Below, in pieces: positions 18,541 through 28,272 of a stretch of 64,000 bases of DNA. Numbering within the stretch: the first letter of the stretch is position 1; every line of letters begins with the position of its first letter. Where the stretch lies: IMG/VR virus record IMGVR_UViG_3300032295_003840, positions 102,913-166,912 of that record; one strand, written 5' to 3'. The stretch is from a virus (lineage: Duplodnaviria > Caudoviricetes). Under the pieces are notes generated by a model. The model saw nothing but the letters and a program-made list of their open reading frames with translations. It searched no databases and was not told the origin of the DNA. The position numbers and the translations under genes were made by a program.

Positions 18541-19891
18541 TGACCTTTTCCTTGCGATATGAGTCTTTGACCAGTTCCATGATCATCATGTGTTTTTGTA
18601 GGGTTATTTTATGCCGTATGGCAGTTACCAGATAGAATCCACTGAACAACGGATCGCCACCGGTCTTGGAGGTGTCGCTCTGATCTCTGGGGCTGGCATC
18701 AGGGTAGTGTAGATACACCACTGATCCTACCTCGGCATCAGTGCGACCTGGTACGGTTATGACAACTTTAAAATTGCCCAATTCATTGATAGTACTGACT
18801 CGGCGTGGCAGAGTCTTGTCAATAATGTTGTTGGCATTGGTTTCCAGATCATTGAACAGTTTTTCGTGCTTGGGATAGAACTGTGTCAGACTGCTGGGAC
18901 CGCGCAGAGTAACATCGGAAAACGGAGCCTGGCCACCGCCGTTGATGTCTTCCAGATGTTTGTATTCTTTGTAGCTGGCTACATGATCATAGTCAATGAC
19001 TTCATATTTTCTGGACAAGATGTCCAGAGTAATCAGACGATTGGCATAGTATCCATTGTGCGTATTTTTAAAGGCATTGAAGGTTTCTACAACTTCCAAT
19101 TCTTCGACCTTGCTATAATCGCGTTCAACGTCTTTGCGATATTCTTCGCGTTTTTGATCACCAGTAAGGTTGGCGGGAACATAGTTATATTCGCGATAGA
19201 TTAACTTGTCCTGTGCGGCTATATCAATGATGGCTTCGACATTGGCAAAATAAAAGGCCTGAGTAGTTTCATAGAACAAATACGACGGAGCCTTGAGGTT
19301 GCGTGGCAGAGTACGAGCCGCCAACCAGTTGATGCAGTGTGTGGCGTGCCAGCCTGGACTGGTAAAGGATATTTCGTTGTCGGTTTCGCCAACAATGACC
19401 AAGGGTGTAACATCTTCGTCATTGCCCGAGTTTCGGGGCACGGCCAGACGATCTTTGTAGATCTGTGTTACTATGTCTGATACTGGACCACGGAAATGTG
19501 AATATACTGGTGCCAGCATGTCAATGAACAACTCAGTGCTGCAGAAGTGCAGAATATAGCTCTGTGTGTTGGTGTCCCTGATCATCATGCGATTGGTGAT
19601 GCTGTAGACTTTGAAGGTCTTGTAGATACGCTGATTTAACTGCGGTGTGCGTATCTGCAGACGAATGTACTCGTTGCCTACAATGGGGAACTTGCCAACA
19701 AAGTTGCCAGCGTCAATCAGCAGAATGTTGCCATATAGACCGTTTTTAAACATGTCTTCAAAGATGTTGATCTCGCCCACCAGCTGAAAGACGCTGAGCT
19801 CTTCGTTGTTCTCTTTGATTATAACAACTTCAACGACATTGACATCACCAGCAGTCTGTATGCCTTCTGGTGAATTTGCACTAGTTGCCAT
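18530..19891 (-). CDS. Baseplate hub/tail protein (gp27-like position)
   Basis: INIFEDMF..GNILLID, YLFYET..FYF, C-terminal SGFYLVTAIRHKI..MELVKDS; between gp53 and gp5. Confidence 0.75.
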   Translation of the reverse strand: MATSANSPEGIQTAGDVNVVEVVIIKENNEELSVFQLVGEINIFEDMFKNGLYGNILLIDAGNFVGKFPIVGNEYIRLQIRTPQLNQRIYKTFKVYSITNRMMIRDTNTQSYILHFCSTELFIDMLAPVYSHFRGPVSDIVTQIYKDRLAVPRNSGNDEDVTPLVIVGETDNEISFTSPGWHATHCINWLAARTLPRNLKAPSYLFYETTQAFYFANVEAIIDIAAQDKLIYREYNYVPANLTGDQKREEYRKDVERDYSKVEELEVVETFNAFKNTHNGYYANRLITLDILSRKYEVIDYDHVASYKEYKHLEDINGGGQAPFSDVTLRGPSSLTQFYPKHEKLFNDLETNANNIIDKTLPRRVSTINELGNFKVVITVPGRTDAEVGSVVYLHYPDASPRDQSDTSKTGGDPLFSGFYLVTAIRHKITLQKHMMIMELVKDSYRKEKVNER

Positions 19892-20381
19892 TTAGTAATC
19901 CAGTAAGATTATTAATAAAGACTGGTAAAAATTCAGGTTTAATTACGCTGATGCGACGCTTGGCTTCATTGATAGCCTCTTCGTACTGAAAATAACTTAC
20001 CGGAGTTTTAGAACCAGCATAGCTGCTGTGCACTACATCGCCATCGGAATTGATATAGTGTTTGACAGCGTCGACGTTTGCAATGCTGTATTTGCGTTTA
20101 ACAAAGGCAATCAGTTCTTTGTTGCCCAATGGCCAATCAAATCTGGGATCCAGTATGTTGTTGGTCAGCAAAATAACCCAATGATAGTAACTTTCATTGT
20201 AGAATTTATCGGCCACGATTTCCGGAGTTTCGCCGTCTAGAACATCGTAGTCATCATAGAAGGTACTGGTCTGCAGATTTGCGTCAAAGGATCGTACACG
20301 CCGAAAAATGTCGGCAATCTGAAAACTGGTCTTTCCATCGTCCAGACTATAATGTATTACAGGAAATGATTTGAAGTACAT
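19881..20381 (-). CDS. gp53: Baseplate wedge protein gp53 (LysM-like)
   Basis: MYFKSFP, DGETPEIVADKFY..HWVILLTNNI.DP.FDWP, YEEAINEAKRRI. Confidence 0.92.
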   Translation of the reverse strand: MYFKSFPVIHYSLDDGKTSFQIADIFRRVRSFDANLQTSTFYDDYDVLDGETPEIVADKFYNESYYHWVILLTNNILDPRFDWPLGNKELIAFVKRKYSIANVDAVKHYINSDGDVVHSSYAGSKTPVSYFQYEEAINEAKRRISVIKPEFLPVFINNLTGLLNGN

Positions 20382-20382
20382 A

Positions 20383-21540
20383 TCAGAATCCTTGGTTGAT
20401 GCGTTCTTTGGTCATTGTTTCTAGTTCAACGAATCTCAGCTTCATGTTGATTTCAGTAGCATAGCCACTTCTAAAACTACCAAATTGCTGACCGCCATAG
20501 TCCACGGTCATGTTTTGCAGAACACAGGTGCTGATATTGAACAACGTAGGATTGGGTACGTCGTTGAAATAATAAACTATGTTGAACTGACTGGGATAGA
20601 CATAGAACAGTCCTCCAGTGGATAGTTCTGGATGCATGTGAAACTTGAATGCCTGAATAATTTGCCAGACCTTTTCAGACTCTTTGCCACTGCGCGGAAC
20701 AAACTTGTAATTAAAGTCAAAGGTTCTGGGTTCCACATTCTTAAAAATTTGCTCACGAAATGGATTCATGGCTGTACCAGTACCCAGAGATGCCATGGCT
20801 TTAAGATCTATCTCTGACGCTCCTATGGCATTGGTAACGCCAGCTGGAATTTGAGCAAGATTAAGTAACATTGCTCGGGCAGCTTCACCACCGGCATCCA
20901 ACGCACCACTATCAATGGCCGACGTACCACCAGCTAAAAATCCTGCTAGGCTACCCATGTCCTGTTGTTGATAGTTTACACCATAGCTTACACTGGGTCT
21001 TTCCTGTACTGCCAGCATGATGGCGTCTGAAATTCTAAAAGTTTTATCAGGCTCAAAATAATTGGCTGCTATGGCACCCGTGGCAGCACCAACGAAGCCG
21101 CCGCCTATGGTGCCAATGGTACGTACTGCGCTGGGAACATTTTTAGAAAACAGTCCAGTCAATTTACTGATTGCACTGGCACCAACCTTGGCACCAACAT
21201 AGGCAGCGGCGCCAGTTAAAACTGCGTTGCTAGCAGTACCAAGTCTGTCTGTGGGAAGAGATTGTTCATCGGCTCGATTGACTTCCAGAGTTGTATAGCT
21301 GGCCTTGTATTTGCTTTTGCCGCGTATGTTGATGAAGAACCCAACATAGTGTTTCATGTCTGGAGCAACGCTGGTATTTTCGGGGTACATGTATTTGTTG
21401 ACGTTGTATTTAAATATAGCGCCCGCTGTTCCTGTGACCTGCCCGCCCGAGGCATTTAATCTGGTGGCATTGGCCTGATTGGCACTGTAGATGCCATTGA
21501 CCTGTCCGCCCTGTGCATTGCTTGGTGGTGCTGTAGCCAT
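20383..21540 (-). CDS. gp48: Baseplate tail-tube cap gp48-like
   Basis: NPFREQIFKNVEPRTFDFNYKFVPRS..E...II..FK.HMHPE, CVLQNMTVDY, F.ELE..TK. Confidence 0.85.
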   Translation of the reverse strand: MATAPPSNAQGGQVNGIYSANQANATRLNASGGQVTGTAGAIFKYNVNKYMYPENTSVAPDMKHYVGFFINIRGKSKYKASYTTLEVNRADEQSLPTDRLGTASNAVLTGAAAYVGAKVGASAISKLTGLFSKNVPSAVRTIGTIGGGFVGAATGAIAANYFEPDKTFRISDAIMLAVQERPSVSYGVNYQQQDMGSLAGFLAGGTSAIDSGALDAGGEAARAMLLNLAQIPAGVTNAIGASEIDLKAMASLGTGTAMNPFREQIFKNVEPRTFDFNYKFVPRSGKESEKVWQIIQAFKFHMHPELSTGGLFYVYPSQFNIVYYFNDVPNPTLFNISTCVLQNMTVDYGGQQFGSFRSGYATEINMKLRFVELETMTKERINQGF

Positions 21541-21570
21541 AAATAGTTTTGCTCCGTTATTTTAGTTTCT

Positions 21571-22023
21571 ATGTATACTCGCCAGACCTACAAAGGACGT
21601 TATCGCGTCATCAATGCCAGCAAATATGTTGGCAATCCCACACAGGTTGTTTATCGCAGTCTGTGGGAACTAAAGTTCATGAAGTGGTGCGACAACAATT
21701 CCGCTGTGTTGGAATGGGGTAGCGAAGAGATCATTATACCTTATTTATCGCCTGTGGACCAGAGAATCCATAGATATTTCGTGGATTTCTATGTCAAAAT
21801 ACGCAGTCAGGATGGCAAAGAACAACGCTATCTCATAGAGATCAAACCCGCCAAGTTTGTTCGACAGCCTGAAAAGCCCAAGCGCATGACGCCGCGGTTC
21901 ATCGATGAAGTTCGTACCTGGGGTATCAACCAGAGCAAATGGAAGTCAGCCACAGAGTTCTGTGAAAGTCGGGGCTGGCGCTTCATGATACTTACAGAAA
22001 ACGATTTGAATTTAGATAAATAA
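21571..22023 (+). CDS. gp4: Head completion nuclease gp4 (TnsA-like fold)
   Basis: KYVGNP..VYRSLWELKFMKWCD..WGSEE..PY.SPVD..HRYFVDF, EIKP, NQSKW. Confidence 0.95.
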   Translation: MYTRQTYKGRYRVINASKYVGNPTQVVYRSLWELKFMKWCDNNSAVLEWGSEEIIIPYLSPVDQRIHRYFVDFYVKIRSQDGKEQRYLIEIKPAKFVRQPEKPKRMTPRFIDEVRTWGINQSKWKSATEFCESRGWRFMILTENDLNLDK

Positions 22024-22027
22024 CGCT

Positions 22028-22600
22028 ATGGCGAACTACAATCCCTTTAAAAATCTCACGGTACGTGCTGGGGATATCGAGCGCAGCGTGAACTGGTATC
22101 AGTCACAGGTCAAGAATCTGCGGGGTCTGAACAGCAACGTCAGCAACATGATGGGCGGGTCAGCTGGCATGCGCAGTCGAGTCTATCCTGGCGGACTCTA
22201 TATGTTCTACTACGATGCCAAGCACAAGGACACCTTACCCTACTGGGATCAGATGCCCCTGGTGTTTCCCTTCAGCACAGTCAAGGGCGGGTTCCATGGA
22301 CTGAACCTGCACTACCTGCCCTATGGTGCGCGCTTCAAACTCATGGGAGCTCTGCTGGAGGTAACGCACAAGCATACTGATCCCAAGATGCGTGCTCAGA
22401 TCAGCTGGAACATCCTGAATTCAGGATCCAAGTTTCCAGGCGTAGGCGCCTGTGTAAAGCATTACCTAAACGATCATGTCAGGAGTCGTTTCATGGACAT
22501 ACCACATGATCAGTGGCTGGCTGCCAGCATGATGCCCATAGAAAAATTCCAGGGCGCCAGCAAAGAAGCTGTCTGGCGAGACAGCAGAAAACATATCTAA
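22028..22600 (+). CDS. gp2: DNA end protector protein gp2
   Basis: YMFYYDAKHKDTLPYWDQMPLV, GLNLHYLP, CVKHYL..HVRS. Confidence 0.95.
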   Translation: MANYNPFKNLTVRAGDIERSVNWYQSQVKNLRGLNSNVSNMMGGSAGMRSRVYPGGLYMFYYDAKHKDTLPYWDQMPLVFPFSTVKGGFHGLNLHYLPYGARFKLMGALLEVTHKHTDPKMRAQISWNILNSGSKFPGVGACVKHYLNDHVRSRFMDIPHDQWLAASMMPIEKFQGASKEAVWRDSRKHI

Positions 22601-22609
22601 GGAACCGCC

Positions 22610-23434
22610 ATGGCAACAAGCAGCAACAGAATTTTTTCAAATGTCAGCCCAAATCCAGTAAATAGCGACGGCACACGCGAGGGCTATGTGTTGATGCCCA
22701 AGGCCAAGTATAAACTTGACGACATACTGGCCGAAGTTGGCGGTCGTGGCATGGCCAAGGCCAATCGTTTCGAAGTGTTTATTACTGCGCCACCGTGTTT
22801 ATATGACTATACTGTCAATGAAACCATAAGCCAACAAAACACTGGCGGCAGATATCGAACACAGAACATGATCAACCATGATGGTGTGGCCAAACGACTC
22901 AGTGTATTCTGTGAAAGCGCCAGTCTACCACCCACCAGAATTATTACTACACGACAGCAGATTTTTGGACCGCCCAGTTTCCATCCCATAGGCGCAGACT
23001 ACGGTGGTGACAACCTTAGCCTTACCTTTGCTCTGGATAAATGGTACACCATGAAAGAGTTCTTTGATATCTGGGTAGACAGCATTGTGGGAAGAAACAA
23101 TGGTCTGGTAAGCTATTCCTCAGATTATCTTTCACAGGGCATGACCATTTCACAACTGGACGAAGAAGATCGAACACATTATACCGCAGTATTTGAAGAT
23201 GTGTTTCCCATAGCTGTGAACCCCATACAACTGGACAGCAGCATGAGCAACACTGTAAGTAAAATGTCGGTAACCTTCTGTTATCGTCGTTGGAGAAATA
23301 TCAGCATGACTGTCAATGATAGACCAGTAACACAACGCGCTGAAACGGTCCGTACTGGTTTTAATGATCGCAGACAGCCTTCTAATAAAATCGGAGCTGT
23401 TGCGGGTTCAGGTTACAAATTTCCTGGACTTTGA
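22610..23434 (+). CDS. gp54: Baseplate tail-tube initiator gp54 / tube-fold protein
   Basis: GMAKANRFEV, CESASLP, FFDIWVDSI, ISQLD, DVFP, VTFCYRRW; synteny gp4-gp2-gp54-gp26. Confidence 0.75.
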   Translation: MATSSNRIFSNVSPNPVNSDGTREGYVLMPKAKYKLDDILAEVGGRGMAKANRFEVFITAPPCLYDYTVNETISQQNTGGRYRTQNMINHDGVAKRLSVFCESASLPPTRIITTRQQIFGPPSFHPIGADYGGDNLSLTFALDKWYTMKEFFDIWVDSIVGRNNGLVSYSSDYLSQGMTISQLDEEDRTHYTAVFEDVFPIAVNPIQLDSSMSNTVSKMSVTFCYRRWRNISMTVNDRPVTQRAETVRTGFNDRRQPSNKIGAVAGSGYKFPGL

Positions 23435-23451
23435 ACTACAAGGAGAATTGA

Positions 23452-24147
23452 ATGTCTTTACCATTATTTACTACACCCAAGCACAGAGTTCGTCTGCCCA
23501 GCAATGGAGCCGATGTTGAGTTTCGTCCATTCCTAGTCAAGGAACAGAAACTGTTGCTCATGGCTACCAATGGCAGTCCTGAACAGCAGGCACATGCACT
23601 CAACGAAGTTATCAATGCCTGCACCTTTGGCAAGGTCAATGCGCAGACACTACCAGCCTATGACGCAGAATTTTTGTTTTTAAATATTCGTGCACAGAGT
23701 GTAGGAGAAACTGTGAATGTGGTCATGACCTGCAGCTGTGAAGCCAAGCAGGATGCCAAGCTCGATGTCACTGCCATCAAGGTAGACAAGTCGGAACGAC
23801 ATCGCGACATCATTGAAGTTGACAAAAATCTCAGCATACAGATGCGCTATCCTACTCTGCTAGAACTACAGGGCATTGACGGCAGCAACGATGTAGACAA
23901 CATCATTGGGCTGATTGCCGGCAGCATAGACAGCATCTGGGAAGGCGAAGAAAAATTCGATGCCCGAGATTATAGCAACGCAGATCTGGTAGAGTTTGTA
24001 GAAAATCTCAACCCAGCTACGCTGGAAAAACTAGAAGAGTTCTTTGCCACCATGCCCGTGCTGCGTCATACCATGGACTGGGACTGCAAAGAATGCGGAA
24101 AACACAACACTGTTGTCATGGAGGGCATGAACAGTTTTTTCGCCTAG
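23452..24147 (+). CDS. gp26: Baseplate hub assembly chaperone gp26
   Basis: MSLP, FRPFLVKEQKLLLMA, EFLFLNIRAQSVGE, FFATMP, CKECG, ends GMNSFFA; AAGGAG RBS. Confidence 0.93.
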   Translation: MSLPLFTTPKHRVRLPSNGADVEFRPFLVKEQKLLLMATNGSPEQQAHALNEVINACTFGKVNAQTLPAYDAEFLFLNIRAQSVGETVNVVMTCSCEAKQDAKLDVTAIKVDKSERHRDIIEVDKNLSIQMRYPTLLELQGIDGSNDVDNIIGLIAGSIDSIWEGEEKFDARDYSNADLVEFVENLNPATLEKLEEFFATMPVLRHTMDWDCKECGKHNTVVMEGMNSFFA

Positions 24148-24332
24148 TCCTTTCTCATGAAAGTTTGTTTGGTTATTATCAGACAAATTTTAATTTAATG
24201 CAGTACCATAAGTACAGTTTGTCTGAATTGGAAGATATGTTGCCATGGGAAAGGGAAATTTATATCATGTTGTTGGTAAAACACCTAGAAGAAGAGAATC
24301 AACGTTTACAACAACAGCAAGGAGGCCGATGA
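24135..24332 (+). CDS. gp51: Baseplate hub assembly protein gp51-like; first non-overlapping ATG at 24198, possibly reached by -1 frameshift from gp26
   Basis: LSHESL..YYQTNFNLMQYHKYSLSELEDMLPWEREIYIMLL matches gp51-like proteins; the similarity appears to start upstream of the ATG at 24198, close to T-TTT-TTC (24135-24141). Confidence 0.85.
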   Translation, partial: FFRLVLSHESLFGYYQTNFNLMQYHKYSLSELEDMLPWEREIYIMLLVKHLEEENQRLQQQQGGR

Positions 24333-24667
24333 TGGCAACAGCAGGAACTAGCAAAGAAGATTGGATGCAGAATAAATGGCGTCCAGCCATGGGATGGATG
24401 TACATGATCTGCTGTCTGGCAGACTTCGTAATTTTCCCAATCATGTTTACCATTGTACAATTCTGGGAAACTCAGGCGGCCAACGACGCATTCCGTCAGT
24501 GGATGCCCATCACTCTGCAGAATGGCGGGTTCTTCCACATCGCCATGGGTGGTGTTCTGGGTGTGGCAGCTTTTGGTCGTACCAAGGAAAAGCTGGCCAC
24601 CACCGAAGCACAAAGCAAGAACAACAACGATGACGACGACAATCGCGTCTATACACCCAAAGAGTAA
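24329..24667 (+). CDS. Putative holin (3TM/GTA-type holin family)
   Basis: KWRPAMGW motif, hydrophobic segments, LGVAAFGRTKEK; AAGGAGG at 24319-24325 precedes ATGATG (start 24329 or 24332). Confidence 0.75.
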   Translation: MMATAGTSKEDWMQNKWRPAMGWMYMICCLADFVIFPIMFTIVQFWETQAANDAFRQWMPITLQNGGFFHIAMGGVLGVAAFGRTKEKLATTEAQSKNNNDDDDNRVYTPKE

Positions 24668-24670
24668 ACC

Positions 24671-26881
24671 ATGGCCAAGAAATCCGCACCCCTGTCACTA
24701 GAAGAACTTCTGGAAGGCCAGAAGCAAATGCTGACGGCCAGCAATCTCACCGAGGAACAGCGCAAGCGAGCCGAGGATCAGATTGCCAAGCTGGAAGAAC
24801 TGCGTGCTGCTACAACCAAAACGCAGGATATACAGCAGGAGGTGCTGGATCAAAGTCGAGTTATGACCAAAGCCAAGGGTGACTCTAAAAATGTTACCCT
24901 TGGCGATGTGCGCAACGAACTCAAAGAACTACGCAAAGACATCAAGGCCGATCCAAATCGACGGCCCTTGCCACGACCCAAATCAGACGACGTCATCGAT
25001 GTAGATGTCAAAGAGGTCAGCGGCAAAAAGGACAACAAAGAACGCATTCAGAAGCTCACCGACATTGGTGCCACCTTGGGTGAGAAAGCCGAGCTCTATC
25101 AGAAGGGCGCTGGCAAAGAAACAACCGTAGCCAAGAACACTGAAACATTCCAAAGATTCGTGGCCGAGACGCAGAAAAAAGACGAGCTGCTCAAAGATGC
25201 CACAGACGACCAAATCAAGTTATTTGAACGTCTGGAAGATACACTGATTAAATTGCGTGACTCTGACGCCAAGGACAGCGCAGAGCTGCGTAAGGAGCTG
25301 GCCAAGATAGCTGGCGAGCTAGAAACTACCGAGGATACTGCTGCCAAGAAGTCTGTGAGTGGTGTGCTGGAAAATGCACGCAATCGTGCGCGCAGCGGTG
25401 CGCGAGGCGATTCTGGTACCCTGGGTGATGCCTGGAGTGTGCTGACTGGCAAACAAAAGGTGTTAAAAGAAGGCTATGAATTTGATCCTCGTCTAAAGGG
25501 CGATGGTGTTCGTCGTACAACAGAAAATGAATTTGGTAAAAAAGGCGAGATACCAAAGAAGGGCGAAGTTTTCAGCATGGGCCGTGTGGCTGGTGCAGCC
25601 AAGATAGCTGGCAACTTCCTACGTGGCAAAGTCGAAGACTACAATGCCACAAATGCCAGCAACGCTGGCAGCAATTTCTTGGACCGTACTTTTGGTGGTA
25701 ACCGTCTAGAAGAAGATCGAGCTCGTCTAGGCGCACGCGCCGAGGCTCTGATCAACAATCGTGGAACATCACCACGAGCTCAGGTAATGCCCATGGCCAC
25801 GCCCGCAGGCCGAGGCGGCAGCGCTGGCACCATGAACATCACGGCTACATCGGTCAATGTTCGTGGCCCTATTAAACTAACTGGCTCACAGCAGGGATCC
25901 GGTTGGTCAGCTGGCAACGCTGGTGCCAATGCTGGCAAAGACTGGCCTCCTAAATCCACGGCCATGGTTGCTGCAGCACCTGCGGCTGCCACAGCCGCAG
26001 TCGCACCCAAGGAAGAAGGTCCAGGACTGGGATCCACGCTGCTGGATCTGGGCGGAGATTTGCTGAGTCGTGGCAAGGGGCTGGGTGGTCGTGTTGCTGG
26101 CGCGGGCAAAGGCATACTGAATGCCGGTAAAAATCTGCTGGGCAAAGTTCCAGGTGGCATGCTCAAAGGCGGCATAGCTGGCATAGCTGGTCTGGGACTA
26201 AGCTATGGCGGTGACAAGTTAAAAGAAGCTGGTTACGAAAAAACTGGTGCTGCTCTGGATGTAACAGGACAGGCCGCGAGCTGGGGTGGCACTGGTGCCA
26301 TGCTTGGATCGATGATTGCACCCGGTGTTGGTACTGCCATAGGTGCTGGCGTGGGCGCTGTGGCTGGCGGTGCCTATGGACTGTATAAAAACTGGGGCAG
26401 CTTGTTTGGTGGCAAGAAGTCTGAAAACGGTCAGGCCACAGTCACACCACAAAGCAACGCAGCACAACCCGCGGTGGCCAATCCCAGCGCGGCCACCAAG
26501 GCTACCATGATAGCCAATGAACCTGTTGTTCCAGGGCAAGCTCTGTCTGAAAAACAGATGGCTACCATTGGCATGTCCAAGTCCATGGGCAACAGTTATT
26601 CAGCCGATGTAGAAAAACAATACCAACAACAATTGGCCAAATCGTCGGTCACACCTGCTGCTCCCACCGGTACAGCAAACAAGAATGTTACCATAGAGAA
26701 TCTGAGCAAGAACAATGCCGCGGCCAAGGAAGGCAACAACAAGCCCATAGTCATCAACAATTCCCAGCCCGCTCCTGCGGCGCCAGCACCAGCACCCCAT
26801 GTCATGATGCCACGCGGTCAGGTACGCAGTTCTGAAAGTGCCATGGAGCGTTACAGCGCACGCAACGCGCACTTCTACTAA
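24671..26881 (+). CDS. Tape-measure/gp29-like tail protein (736 aa)
   Basis: N-terminal coiled coil, Gly/Ala-rich hydrophobic central repeats (GAMLGSMIAPGVGTAIGAGVGAVAGG), C-terminal PIVINNS; follows gp26/gp51. Confidence 0.55.
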   Translation: MAKKSAPLSLEELLEGQKQMLTASNLTEEQRKRAEDQIAKLEELRAATTKTQDIQQEVLDQSRVMTKAKGDSKNVTLGDVRNELKELRKDIKADPNRRPLPRPKSDDVIDVDVKEVSGKKDNKERIQKLTDIGATLGEKAELYQKGAGKETTVAKNTETFQRFVAETQKKDELLKDATDDQIKLFERLEDTLIKLRDSDAKDSAELRKELAKIAGELETTEDTAAKKSVSGVLENARNRARSGARGDSGTLGDAWSVLTGKQKVLKEGYEFDPRLKGDGVRRTTENEFGKKGEIPKKGEVFSMGRVAGAAKIAGNFLRGKVEDYNATNASNAGSNFLDRTFGGNRLEEDRARLGARAEALINNRGTSPRAQVMPMATPAGRGGSAGTMNITATSVNVRGPIKLTGSQQGSGWSAGNAGANAGKDWPPKSTAMVAAAPAAATAAVAPKEEGPGLGSTLLDLGGDLLSRGKGLGGRVAGAGKGILNAGKNLLGKVPGGMLKGGIAGIAGLGLSYGGDKLKEAGYEKTGAALDVTGQAASWGGTGAMLGSMIAPGVGTAIGAGVGAVAGGAYGLYKNWGSLFGGKKSENGQATVTPQSNAAQPAVANPSAATKATMIANEPVVPGQALSEKQMATIGMSKSMGNSYSADVEKQYQQQLAKSSVTPAAPTGTANKNVTIENLSKNNAAAKEGNNKPIVINNSQPAPAAPAPAPHVMMPRGQVRSSESAMERYSARNAHFY

Positions 26882-26883
26882 TC

Positions 26884-26908
26884 AAAAAAAGGGGGACCGA
26901 AGTCCCCC
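26884..26908 (-). terminator. Rho-independent terminator after gp32, at the convergence of the two transcription units
   Basis: Minus strand GGGGGAC-TTCG-GTCCCCC-TTTTTTT: 7 bp stem, cUUCGg tetraloop, U7. Confidence 0.93.
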
Positions 26909-26928
26909 TGGCTCAATAACACGGCCAA

Positions 26929-27837
26929 TCAATCATCGGCAGCTAGCTTGGCAAAATAGCTAATGCTGTCGTCATCATCTTCATCCATGCTTGGTTCAGG
27001 TGCCTTGGCTGCGGGCTTGCTTGCCGCGGGCTTGCTGACTCGCGGTGCATCTAGGTCCACAGCTTCGGCACGAGCCGCAGGAGTTCCACTGGCATTCAGT
27101 ACCTGCTCCAGTTTGCGCTTGAGTTCATCATAGCTCTTGAAATGACGCTCATCCATGAAGTCGGCCAGGCTGTGTTCAGCTGACCAGATAGATTCAATTT
27201 CAGCATCATCTTCACTGAGTGCTGCTGCACTGGCAAACTCAGACTTGTCATAGTTACGATAACCCTCGACATTGCGGATCTTGATCTTGAAGTCTGCACC
27301 CTTCCAAAAGTCAAAAGGATTCAGAGGCTCTTCATCCTGGAACTGAGGCTGCATTACATCCTTGATTTTATCAAAGATCTTTTTGCCAAACTTGAACAGC
27401 TTGACCTTGCCTTCGTTGCTGGGATTAGACGGATCAGATACCACATAGACGTTGCAGACATAGCTCAGACGGCGTTTCTGCTTGCGGGCGATTTCCTTGT
27501 TGGCTTCACTGCCACTGTTCCAGAGCTCGTTGTTGAGTTCGCTGACAGGGTCAGGTTTACCAATGGTGGTCAGGCTATTCTCAATGTACCACTTGCCAGT
27601 AGGACCTTGAAAGCCATGATTCCAGATACGTACCCAAGGAAGTTCTTCACCACGGGGAGGAGGTAGAAAGCGAATTACGGCATAACCGTTGCCAGCCTTG
27701 TCGACTGTTGGTTGCCAGAAGCGATCATCTTCTTTGCGTTCGCCACCTGCGGGTTGACTGATTTTGTCCACTTCCTTCATCAGGGCGTCAAAACCACCGC
27801 GGGATTTTCTAAGATCGGATAGACTATTAAATGCCAT
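26929..27837 (-). CDS. gp32: Single-stranded DNA-binding protein gp32
   Basis: DDRFWQP..DKAGNGYAVIRFLP, HGFQGPTGKWYIENSLTT, FGKKIFDKI, YRNYDKSEF, acidic tail SYFAKLAADD. Confidence 0.97.
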   Translation of the reverse strand: MAFNSLSDLRKSRGGFDALMKEVDKISQPAGGERKEDDRFWQPTVDKAGNGYAVIRFLPPPRGEELPWVRIWNHGFQGPTGKWYIENSLTTIGKPDPVSELNNELWNSGSEANKEIARKQKRRLSYVCNVYVVSDPSNPSNEGKVKLFKFGKKIFDKIKDVMQPQFQDEEPLNPFDFWKGADFKIKIRNVEGYRNYDKSEFASAAALSEDDAEIESIWSAEHSLADFMDERHFKSYDELKRKLEQVLNASGTPAARAEAVDLDAPRVSKPAASKPAAKAPEPSMDEDDDDSISYFAKLAADD

Positions 27838-27848
27838 TTGTATGCTCC

Positions 27849-28052
27849 TTATTTGCGTTGTATAAACCGAGTATGGTTGGATTCATCATCAATGTTGTCA
27901 TCAAACTCATCATAATCGGCATCCTCATTTACTGGGGATGCTTTATTATATATATGTTTCTTGTACTTTTCAATGCTTTTTTCTGCTCTAGTTGCCGTTT
28001 TATTTTTACGGCCCCGACTCTCGTCGCGCATGTTACGAAAGGTCTTGCCCAT
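27849..28052 (-). CDS. Small hypothetical protein (basic N-terminus, acidic C-terminus)
   Basis: Fills the gap upstream of gp32; 67 aa. Confidence 0.7.
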   Translation of the reverse strand: MGKTFRNMRDESRGRKNKTATRAEKSIEKYKKHIYNKASPVNEDADYDEFDDNIDDESNHTRFIQRK

Positions 28053-28272
28053 GATCCTTGACTACTCTAATAAATGGCCAGTGAGAAATATATTCGTGAA
28101 TACGATTCTGTGCATGTCCGATCTTGATGCTGAACTCCTGAGTCTTGCGTAATCGCTCATTGAGTTCATTGATCAGCAGGCTTAGATTTTGAATGTCGGC
28201 GTCAAGTCTGCATACCATGTCCTCCAGATTATCAATGCGTTCATCAACTGTTATTGTAGATTCTTTGGTCAT
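28033..28272 (-). CDS. Hypothetical coiled-coil protein
   Basis: Operon-like overlap with both neighbours; likely start MTKES at 28272. Confidence 0.6.
   Translation of the reverse strand: MTKESTITVDERIDNLEDMVCRLDADIQNLSLLINELNERLRKTQEFSIKIGHAQNRIHEYISHWPFIRVVKDHGQDLS

Noticed and set aside
21571-22023. TnsA-like endonuclease suggesting a transposon
   Set aside because: It is the T4 gp4 head-completion protein in its normal context next to gp2; no transposase or terminal repeats.
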